From contig OZ037765.1 of NCBI GenBank assembly GCA_964035545.1, positions 19,344,995-19,408,994 on the forward strand: 64,000 nt of DNA, given 5' to 3'. The position numbers and the translations under genes were made by a program. Source of the DNA: Bugula neritina (taxonomy: Eukaryota > Animalia > Bryozoa). Below are positions 29,341 through 41,600 of this stretch, piece after piece (the stretch's first letter is position 1; the number at the start of each line of letters is the position of its first letter). The notes below the pieces were generated by a model that saw only the letters and a list, made by a program, of their open reading frames with translations, searched no databases and had not been told where the DNA came from.

Positions 29341-30190
29341 ATAAATTACAAGCTAGAAGCCTGCCACTGGCAAACTCTAGTATATGTAGTTGTTTATTTA
29401 GTTCTCATTAATAATGAGATTGTGAGCCTCCATATTGTTGATTGTTTACTTTCAACAAGAATGCAAAATAATCAAACATTAATTTAGATAAAGTTACAAT
29501 TAATAATGATTTAAAGATTATATAAGTTATGCATTGTAGGCTTTTGGGCAATTTAAAGTTCTTTAATTCTACAAGAGAATAAGTAAATTTTTTTGTTTCA
29601 AATTATACAAAACCACAAATTTAATTATTGCTTTATAAACTAATTTTGTTTTATTTTTTACTTCATTCAATTGCTTTTTCTGCCAGCACTGCTGAATTAC
29701 AGTGTTATTTTGAGCATGTACAATTATTAACATGGAATTCTTCTTTTTGAAAAAGACTTGGCACACTCATGTCAGGCATAGTATACACATAGTGAAATTA
29801 AACAAAATTACTTAAATTGTCATAAAAATGTTCATTAGGCATATTTTATAAATTTTTCCACAGTGGTTTTTGATACGTAAATATTTTGAAGGAGCGAAAA
29901 ATAAAACATATGATATAAATATAATTAAAGTAAAAATTAATAATAACATATATTAAGGTTCTTTTTCTCTGCTTCTAGCACATTGACAAGATTATTTAAA
30001 AAGAAGCAAAATGATTGAAATCTGTTTTGAAATCGGTTTAATTAAACCCAGAAAGAGGTTGGGTCAATAAAGTAAGAAGAAGTTTACAGTTTTAGAAATA
30101 TTTCTGGAAAGTATACATAGCAAATGAGCAGAAAAAACAACTTCCTATAAAAAGAAGTATAAACATGTTAAGTATTGCAGAAATGAGTTC

Positions 30191-33100
30191 TTACAGTCTA
30201 GAACTCATTGACTCTTCATTATCATCTACATGATGGCTTGTAGAGCTCGTTGTTTCTTCACTGTTTTTGATGTTATACTGGTGTACAGAATCTTCATCTG
30301 TTTCCAAGGCCAGGTTGATTTTCCCATCTTTAAGCTCTGATGACATGCTGTCAGTTATGTCAATTTTTTCTTTATCTCTTTCCTAACAAATAATAATCTA
30401 TTGAAATATTGTGAATATACAATATACATTATATATGATACATCTTACATTATACATATTATACATTGTACAATATATAATATATATGTCATATATTATC
30501 TATTATATTATGTCACATGTTATATAATGTTACATTAAACAATACCGATATTAATGTATTACTAAATTACTTTGCATAACAAAAGATTTGAGGTGCAATG
30601 AGAGGACAACTCTAATTAGAGAAATTAGGATAAGTGTTTGGACTTATTTTTTGTATTAGCATTTGTTAAACTATATTACAAGCATTGAGCAAACTTTGTG
30701 TTTGTTAAGCTCTATTTTAGATTTAAAATTTAAAAAAAAAATTAAATAAACAAAAAGTATGAAGTTCACAAGCCAAAACAAACTTTTTATTGCTTTCAAC
30801 ACAAAATAATTTTAAATAATGAGCCTTAAACTAACCACCTGTAAAATATATACGATACCTGGGTCAAATTACTTCCCATGTCTATCAATTTTTTCCAGCT
30901 GTTTGGAAGCCAGCAGCAACCATGGAACAATAAAGGAGAAAGCAACTTCCTGTCTATTAACTTGTCATCTGATTTACCTGGATAAAGTAAGATTGTGAAT
31001 CTTTTGGAGTTGTGCTCTTTTTGTAGATTGAAGAAGATATAACGCACCACATATTTCCTTCAATAATTAATATTTTCTTGAAAATATTCACACATATTTA
31101 TGGCTATAGTAGCTGGAATAAGCCGTGTATCTGTAATATGAGCCATTCTCATGCAGTCAAATTATAAAACAGGGAGCGAGGAGCTGTGATCTAGAGGGTA
31201 GAGCGTTTGCAAAGTAAGCACGAAGTCATAAGTTTGAATCCCGACAAAAGCCATTGGTTATGTTAGGAAGAATATCCAGTCATAATTGCTCTTGTGCCTC
31301 ATCTGAATAAGTCCTTAGCCCGATTGAATAAAAACCCCTTCCATCAGGGGTTTTCTCACAGAAATGGCGACTATAAATTTGCATGAGTTTTATATAGACT
31401 CTAAATTCAGGTAGTTTCAACATAGTGGAAAGTTTTAATATGCTTTCATAGCCTACATTTGTATTCCTATTTGTTGGCCATAGTTATTCAACCTCAGTCA
31501 AATAATTCCCACCTCATCACTACTACTTAAATAGGTGAAATAAAACTTGTTTGAAGGTAATCTACAAATTGCCTCTCGTAACACTATGCCACTCATTGAC
31601 TGAACTTTTACTTTAATTCAACCCAAAAGTCAAAGAAACTGCAGGTATTTCTAATAGCATTGTGCAACAGCTCTTTGCCAATAACTTTCTTAAACATTTT
31701 CCTAGTTATTGAAAAGTAAAAGAAAACAAAAACCTTTCATTATTATTGCGTCTGTCAAAATTAAAACTTCTTCATTTTGCTTCATGCAAATATAGGACTT
31801 TCATTTTTACACAAAATCAGTATTGAATAACTTATAGAATTCATAGACTTACCTAGAATTAGACTGAAAACAAATGCGACTATGATAGTAACAAGGGATC
31901 CACCAGCACCCACCCACAAATATGATACGTCATACAAAGCTTCCACTCCGCTTCTAAAACAGAACCAAATTTTGCATTGTTGAGGAGGCCATTCAAGTTG
32001 AAGTGAGTTTGAAACTTATATATTCAAAATATATATATCAGCCATATAAGTTGAATGTATTACATTTTTGATAAGTTGAAATACTCTTATATTTTTGCAG
32101 TTTTGATTTATGATAATTTAAAAGCCAATAGGTATTTACCTGTAATGAGATTTTATATCCCAGCTGTCTGGGTCGTACACAGGTGATGTCAAATTAGAAA
32201 GCGCATCGGTATCAGTAATGTTACACCCCTCCGTGGAGACAGGGTACTCATAAACATACGGCTTGTGTACCAATCTCCCAAATCCAACCCATGCAGCGTA
32301 CACTACAACATAAAACTTCTTACAGTATGGTAATACAATAAAAAAAAATGTATAACACTTTAAAACTTTTTAACATTTTGCAAAAGTATAGTCAATTAGT
32401 GTCTTCTTGAAATAATAAATTTAGAAGCATGTGTATTGAGTAACTAAATATGTTGATTTCTATGCAATTGTCACCAAGAACAGGTTTAAAAACAAACAAT
32501 ATTATGCTATAAATCTTGGCTTATGCTTTCAAAATCATCAAACTCTGAGCACAAAAACTTTCAATAATTACTCATGAAGGTAAGACAACTCCTAAAGCAA
32601 ACCTACTAGATTATTATTGTATATTTTGCCTTAGAAACATAATTAATTTAGTTGAAGTGATATTTACATGATCCCATGATATATCCTATTATGGCTCCTC
32701 GATTGTTGATCACAGGCATGAAGATGCCCATAGTAAACGTAGCAAACATTGAACCACCAAATATCCCGCCGAATGTCAGGCCCATCTAAACAATAAGAGC
32801 AAAGCCAAGTCATGCATAAAGTTTCTAATATAAATTTAGCATCTACTATTTGAATGATCATGAAGTTGGTGCATAAAAATCTAAATTAAAATTTGCTTAA
32901 AATTACCTGCAATTTTAGTTAAAGTTTGTTTAGATACTATTATGTTGCACTTTTTCAATATGCCACCAATTTATCGTAATAATACAATGTCAATTTAATC
33001 TCATATAGTTGTTTTGGTGCTTTTTGTGTTACCAAAATATTTTAAAAGCATCATTGTAGCTAGGAGCATCCAAAACAAATAAATAAATATAATAAAAACA

Positions 33101-34639
33101 ACACTAGTAATAACCTAGAGTTATATAATTTGCAATTACAATATAAAACGAAATTTTGGCTAATAGAACTTTTGCTCAATAGAAGTGTTAGAGCTTAAAC
33201 TGCAATAACACAAAATCACAATCTCCAGCAACTATCCATATTGATGAACATTTTTATGTTCTGGTAACAAATAATTTTTCAGCATCATGATCTATAACTT
33301 AAAAAGCATTTATATTGGCTATAACCAACTATCTATATGCATTAGTATACAGTAAAATATTAGTCAGTTTACTGCGGACCATTAATAACACTTACCGATA
33401 GTAAACTTGTACCAAAATATCGTGCAAATACAGTAAGAATCACCGAGACAACTCCAAGTAATAAAGAGAGGATCTTTGATATCATCGTAGCTGACTTGTC
33501 ACTCATGTGAGGCTTAAAAGGCTTCACACAGTCACTAAGCAATATGGCTGCTCCTGAATTCAATACTGAGCTTACAGTGCTGCAAATAATTACAATCATT
33601 CACAGTTTATAACAACATATTTTATTCTACACAACGTTTCACTAATCCAGCACAACATTCTAGAGAGCATAAAAAGTTCAAAAAAAATATACTAGACAGT
33701 AAGATAGTGATCATAAACTGTGTGAAGTAGAGTTAACAGTTGGTCCTACATTTGAGCAAAAAAATGCAACAAGGTATTAAGTTGCTTTTACACCTCTGCT
33801 GAAAAAGACTTTGACAAGTGGCTTTTACAATGCAATGCAACTCGGTGAAATTTCAATTCGGTTAAATTGAATTTCTGACTGAAAATCATGAAAGTATGTA
33901 TATCTGTATATATATTGTATTTCAATTGTATATGCACTGTGTATATACACACAGTGTATATACACTGTATATATACACTATGCAGTATACAGAGTATAAC
34001 ACTGTATATATACACTGTATATGTGCGCACATATACATAATGTATATAATAAGTGAAATTGCACACAAACCTGAGAGAAGCACAAAACACTGAAGAAAGA
34101 ACAAAACCAGGTAGTCCTGGAAGATGGCCAAAGACTTGCATAACGTATAAGGGGTACAACTACAAAACAATACATTTACAGCAAATTTTTAATGTCAAAG
34201 CTGAATTGCAAATACATTTATAATATAGTACAACTGATAATTTTTTGCCATCTAAATTTTTTTATATTATTATAAAGCTTTAAATTCGATGAATTTCCCA
34301 ATCGTGAAAATTTGCAAATTAAAAATAATGAGTTTCATAATACAGAAATGCTGCTGTCCATAGATTGAGATATTACGCTCTCATTTAATGCTCAGCAATG
34401 ACATTAAATGATTGAGCACTCTCACCATGGTCACAAACTCAAGCTGCTAGCATTTTGCAATGCTCGTGACTCCTAGGTGACCCCTAGAGTCACTTGAGCA
34501 CTCTGGCTTGAGTTTACACACCTTTTAAATATGCTTTAGTAAAACTATAAGTTTTACTATTGCGAAGGTGTGGGCCATGGTACTCTGTTCTGTGCTGATG
34601 AGGGGACAAATCCCGAAACAGCTGCTGTCCATAGATTGA

Positions 34640-34675
<36 letters not shown>

Positions 34676-35588
34676 ATGGTAATACCTGATCTTTGGTAAA
34701 CACATCACCGTTTTTCACTGGATCGCAGTATCTGTTATGGGCAAAGATAACTAGTCCTAACATTGAGCAAAGAACTCCAAACATGATGGTGCCAATCGCA
34801 CAGACACTGTAGGCTCTGCAAAACATAAAACATAAACTCAGCTCCAATGCAATTTTGCTGTACTTATGTGAAGGTGTAATAGACAGTTAATAATAAGCTA
34901 GAGTTTAAATATAATTTTTATTTTGATGGACGACAAGATAAAGGGAGAAATGTTTAGTAAGCAACTAAATCAAGTTGATGTGACTTGCACAGTGGCGCAG
35001 TGGCTGAAGTGCAGAGCTGCACTAAAACGTGAAGAATTTCTCTCAAGTCACCAATTAAATGCATCAAGTACAGTGTCGTGATACAAGAAAGAAAAGCATT
35101 AGTGGGATACAAATAGGATAAATGTCTTGCTCATATAATGTATAGCATCTGATATCTTTTCCATAATGGTTTAGTTACTTAAAATATACATTTCAAACAT
35201 TATTTTTCCAATAGTTGGAAGATTACATATAATATTCAATAAACTTCTGCAAAGCTGTAGACAAGTTTACAGCCTAATGAAATTGTTTAGATTTCAGGCA
35301 ATTCTTTTGTCAAGTGAATTGGATTTTGCCAAAAACTTGGTTGACCTGCTTTGCCAGATATCAAGTTAGCAGGTGTGGAAGTCTACACTCAACTACATAG
35401 TATCCAAGCATAGCTGTACTAAGTCATGGCATTAGTTAACTAACTGACACCTGGTAGCTGCAGTACATATAGCAGTAGTGACTGTTGCGGTGTGTGAGTT
35501 TGTGTGAGTTTGTGTGAGTTTGTGTGTGTGCGTGTGTGCGTGTGTGCGAGTGTGCGAGTGTGCGAGTGTGCGAGTGTGTGTGTGTGCG

Positions 35589-35674
<86 letters not shown>

Positions 35675-38600
35675 TGTGTGTGAGTGTGTGAGTGTGTGTT
35701 ACTATAAGTTTACTGAAAAAGTAGCCTTTTCTATTTTTATAGATATGTATCAAAAAGAGATAGAAATACCTATAACGTTTTAGTGACAGTTCAGCAATGT
35801 TGCACCATGCAGTAAATGGCGGTTAATAATTTATTATATGCTGCAAGAAAAACTTCAAGTATTTTGTCCCTGTTGGAAGCTTTTTTTAAAGTACCAAGGC
35901 ACTTTGTTGTTCATGATGCATATCACCACTGCTCTTTAAAGTGAACTACAATTGTGCAATTAAAAAATCAATAAGTTTGACTATCAATTAACTCGTGACT
36001 TAATCTGGCAAAACAGCTGGCAAGCCATTCTCTTATATACTGTCAACGTAAGATTTAAGGACGCCATGTGTGGTGGCAATTGCCAAATTTGAGCATTATT
36101 GTTCAAAGAAAGCTACAGCTTTAACACTTTAGAGTTGCCAACAACAAATTTAAATTTAGCTCCAAACAAAATTTTGCAACTCATCAGCAAGCTGCAATAG
36201 AAAACAGAGTTGTGACACGTACGCAATAATTTTAAAAAACTTTCATAGGTGACTTCTAAATCTTGCCTGAAAAACCTGCAGTTCTTATTCTAACTATTCA
36301 GATAACTTACATGATCATGTCCTTGTTAGACTTGAGTGCAATAGCTCTCTGAGTTGATTGCGGTGTATAACCATAGGCTGTCATCAAGAAGATGATGCCA
36401 TGAACCCCCAACCCCCATAGTGTGTGTCTGACTCTAGGATCAAAGTCTAAATATTTTGAAGGCCTGAAATAAAAAAAAGGTTTTAGTTGCAAAACAATGA
36501 AATGTGTTGTTTATTTACCATTCTCATCATTACACGCCTAATTAATCTCTCAAACATTATCAATAAAATTTATCTGAACTGTAATTGCATTTCTTACTAG
36601 TTATCAAAGTTATTAAACCCATTTAGTCTTCTTAAAGCATGTGCAGTTACAGAAGTAGTCATGGTTTAGTAGTGTGCACTAAGACAAGAGAATCTGGGTA
36701 AAGGCTATTGGTGATGTCAGCAATTACAGTCTCAGCTTAGTATTGTTGGTTCTCACAGGAATAAAATCTTTGTAAGACAATAATATGCAAGTTTATAGTT
36801 GCATAAAATAGTTTATCTGCGTTACTAAAAATGATTGCATACTTTTGCTGAGAAGGGTTGAAACTTTAAGGTTGAATTTAAAACTTTTAAATTATAACTT
36901 CTAAAAGCTAAAATCCGTCAATTAACTGCTTTTCAATAAAAAGTTTTGTCAACTAGATTTCAACTGTTGATTAAGTAGCAAAATGTCTGAAGTTATAAAT
37001 AACACAGCTTGTGCAGCTAGCAACTAGCTGTGTTATATATTATAGCTTGTCACATATTGTCACATATTGTCACATATTGTCACATATTGTCACATACTGT
37101 CACATACTGTCACATATTGTCACATATGGTCACATATTGTCACATACTGTCACATATTGTCACATATTGTCACATATTGTCACGTATTGTCGCATTGTAA
37201 TAATTATTTACAATTTTACTTCTTTATCACTAATTCAAAAATAGATGTAAATACAAACTTTACGTAGTGTTGTGATTCTCCAGTAGCCCTTCAAGTGTAA
37301 TGGCTAGCGTGTTAGCTTACAAGTTGCAGGTTTGCATGGTATTCCTAGTGAAAGGAATAATTGTACACTTTAAGAGAAGCCTATAGCACTTATTCCCTGG
37401 GAACAGGGAACAGCTGTGGTCTAGGGGTTAAAGCGGTTGCTTAGTAAACACCAAGTCATTGGTTCAAACCCCGACAAAAGCATCCAGTCACAATGGCTCT
37501 TGTGCCTCACCTGAATAAGTTCTTAGCCTGATTCAACACAAACCCTTTCCATCAGGGGTTTCTTACAGGGATGGCGACTATAATAAACTTGGGTGAGTTA
37601 TAGCACTTACTCCAATATATCCATCCTTCCGCTGAGTTTGTTAACTTCAAGTATTTCTTGAAAGCCTCCTCCCTGAATGCTACCATAAGCTATGATAAAG
37701 ATCACCCCAAACACCATCACCACCAGCTGTAGAGTGTCAGCCCACACGACAGCCTTGAGCCCACCCTAAAGTACAGCACATTTCTAGCTGTAACCACTTC
37801 TGTCAACTAGTGCAAGGTACTTCAATGTTTTAGACTTTGGTGGCTATTTTAAAGACTAAATAAGTTTTATGGTAGTAAAATATTGTCAAAATATTTGGTG
37901 GATCCTGACTTTTGCATATAATTTAGACTCTATTTCAAACTTTACTAATAGCACGGAGAATTTTTTTATTGCAGTGCAAGAACAATAATTATTGCACCAC
38001 CAATTAATTTTTTATTGATATGGATCCCCCCCCAGCTAAGCTCAATAGATTTGTCCGCTAAACTAGCACCTTGATTCATCGAACTGTAGCTCTTTATAAA
38101 TTTGCACATTAATTTTGCTAAAATAAAAAACTAGAACATATATTGTATGTATAACTTCAGCATTATGTGTCTGTGTATAGTTTTATTTTGCGCCATTCTA
38201 CCTTCTTCTATATCTAAATCATGATGTTTAAAGGAAAAGCTAGTAAAAATAGGTAAACATCTATTTCACTGTATATTAGTTATAAATGCAAAATCAGTTT
38301 TTTTCTGCTTATTGAAAATATCAGTTTGTGTCTGTTAATATAAACTTGTATAAAAATCTCATATTTTAGTAAAGTGTAATGAAGTGACTTACTATTACAG
38401 TGTACAGAATTCCAACCAGTGCAACAGAGAGAATAGCTAGCCAGATGTTCATTCCAGTTACTAGAATTATAAACATAGTGTATACTATCTTGAATATTGT
38501 GAGTTATTAAAGCATAATTGTAAAACTATAAATATTAATGGTAATTGGTTCAACTACATACAGTGCAAGCCTTATGTGCCTTAGAAGTTATATAAGTCTA

Positions 38601-41600
38601 TACAATTGGATTATATTAATAATAGCACCATAATAAACATTTTTTATCTCAAACTCATATATATATATAATATAAAAGTAGTATAAATTTAATTTTATTA
38701 TCATTTAAAATATATTCTCATTCATTCAAAGAAAGAAAAAAATGATCAGAACGTAGCAGTGCCAATTTAAAAAGACCGATCAGTGGGATTATATAGAGCA
38801 GCTACTGCATGAGTCAATGCTAAAAACCTAGTTTGGATTTCTAAAGGGTGAGATACGGCAATGTCCATAGAAACTATTGCTAATTAGTAAAAATAATTTT
38901 ATAACATAAATATTTCAGCCTGTATAATATATCATATATATATATAAGCTAATGCGCTTGTAATAGCTTCTGAGATAAAAAACAAACCAGATATTGGTAA
39001 CAGCTAAACCAGTCCTGTTGCTTGTACTAGAATTCACATAACTAACTGTAGATGTACAGTAGTTGTGAATTAAAAAACATCTTGGCTGCTGCTCTAAGAG
39101 CTGAAAATACTAAGAACGTGAAAAAATTGAAGACTTTTAACTATAAGTTGTCATATGCAAGCAACCACTTACCCACAGAGATGGAGAGAGCAGGGCCATA
39201 TATGGTTAGTGTGGCATACAGCAGCTAAAAGACACAAGATATATTGTTTAGAACAGATTTATCTTGTTTTTAGATAAGCTGGCAACTGACAATTAGGATT
39301 AATTTAGTCTATTGCAGAGTAGACTAATGAAAATATTACTCATGTGAAAGACATCTTTCTATTTAACTAAAATCTTTGACTAACCATACAGTTACAAGTC
39401 CATGATGAAAAGCATATCATTATGTTATTTATATTATAGTTATTATTGATAAAATTAACTTTGATTTAATTGAAAGAACTATACAAATGCTATTTATATA
39501 ACTGATGAATTTATTAGCAGGAAGACACTATAAAGATCTTTTACTGGCAAGTATAATGCATTGTGAACTCTATATAATTAGTGTTGAAAGAATGCTGTAT
39601 TTTTTTGTTAGTGGTTGAAATGCATGCTAAATCCAGGTAAAATTTTTCATGTAGTCTGGGCCTTAAATAAGATCACTGCAGTAGGGAGGTTGGCTATGCA
39701 CCCGGCCACCCTTGAGGACTAAGTCTATAAAATACTGAAGATGCTGCAGAATAGTTGATAATGCAAAGTTTTAGTAGAAAGTAGCTTGCCACTAACCATG
39801 TTTTGCTATACTATATATATATAATTAAATTTGCAACAAGTAAATGAACGTATATGTCTTCGAAATGTAATCATTTTAAGCTCTGTGTATAATGGTGATT
39901 ATTCTGATATCAAACATTGTAGTTTGACTAATAAGCTGCAATTAATCTCTTAGTATGCATGTTTGATATACAGTTATGATTATTCAGTATAGCCACTAAA
40001 TCCTTACCTGCCCTTTTTCAGTTATTTGTTTTACTTAAAGGAAACAACTTGAAAGAAATTGCGTGGGAGAATTGGCACAATTGAGAATCAATGAAGAGTG
40101 AAAACTCTTGAGTCACGGTATTACTAAACTACTGCATTATCACGTACGCTCAAACTGGCAGGTTTTTAATACTAAAAAACCATTTAAGAGCCATAGTGGA
40201 TAATTAAGACAGCCTAAGTTTTTTAATTTTATTATCAAATTTTGGTTTGGGGTGCGAGTCGAAATTCTTGAGAGAACATAACTTCTTAAGCTACATTTCT
40301 AATTTAGAGCACAGGCTTCTCCTAATTTTTCCATTACTGCACTTACTTACAAAAAGCACAGCTTATTTCCAATACTTGTATAGTATAACATACCTGGCAG
40401 ATTTTTATTGGAGACTCTTCAAAGCTGCTCAGTAGTTACTAGCTCTTATTTTTATATTGAAAAAATAATTTGCTATTACTCAATATGCATTACTTAGTGG
40501 CTTGATAGTAAAAATAATAGTAACTTAGTAGGAAGTAACGTAATTTATTGGTACCTATAAATTATACATGGGACATGGCAAAGAGGAAGTTTAAATCAAT
40601 TTATTTAGTTTTCTTGAGGAAATAGCCAGAATTTAAAACAAGGCTGTTGAGCAACAATTTGTTGCAAGTAATAGTTGAAAAAAGTTGCTTGTTCTCTAAT
40701 GATCGCTTTATTTTGAATGAGGGCTTATAATAAACTAGCTTTCTAAAGAAAATGTTCTAAATACAATAAATTAACTATATTTTTATTTAAATAAATTAGA
40801 ACTTGCAACTAACACCCAATTGTTTGATACAATGCAAAGCACTAGCTTTTGAACTTATTGCATAACATACAAACTGTTATCTGTTTCACAGTGTTGTAAT
40901 TAGGTCATGTCACAAAAAGGCTGCAGATAAGCTTTGTCAAATTTCTGTGAGTATTTGATTAGACCAAAGTTTCACAAAACAATTATACATGCCATGCAAG
41001 GAGCAAAAACTATGTTCTCTAGTATAGTATAAGTTTTTTGACTACTCAATAATTTTAAATATTGAGGTATTTATATTTATCTATTTTAAAATTACAGCCT
41101 AACAATGTAATCCAAGCATTGAGGCTATAAAACTTTAATTTAAATCCTCTAAAAAGTCGTCAATTTTTTCATTAGTACTTCTGTCACATGTTAACTATAT
41201 TATATTAAAAAAAATTATAGCATCATGATGTAGTCAGGAATATATGGTTGGCAGCTTTTAATAAAACATATCGTAGCTGCAGTTGGCTATACAAAATGGC
41301 TATTCAAAAAGGTGGTTAATTTAGAAACTACTCTTTCCTATGTAGTTATTGAAGTAGTTATTGAAGTAGTTTCTAAAATACACCTTCGAAGATTTAAATC
41401 TCAATTTGTTATATACAATTCTACTTTACTTTACTTAATTACCTTACAATTACAGCAGTTATATATATCAATACCACTTAGAAATTTGCATGTCTTATAA
41501 ATTACTATCTAGCATATTCAATAATGTAACTGCTTTTAGCATGGGTACATACAATCTCAGAGTCCAACATAATGTAAATAATCTGCATATTCGCACAGCA

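Noticed and set aside
30194-30202. C-terminal SRL of SLC5 A as a peroxisomal PTS1 signal
   Set aside because: PTS1 imports soluble matrix proteins. For a polytopic SLC5 a PDZ-binding motif is the more plausible reading.
31058-31130. Alternative upstream acceptor for SLC5 A exon 14
   Set aside because: Leads to an in-frame stop. The acceptor before 30977 gives a 119-nt exon matching paralog B.
35436-35783. HT-repeat and CV-repeat ORFs
   Set aside because: Microsatellite inside an SLC5 intron.
37011-37267. HILSHIVTYC-repeat ORFs and a superficially CRISPR-like array
   Set aside because: Simple 10-bp tandem repeat without spacers, in eukaryotic intronic DNA.
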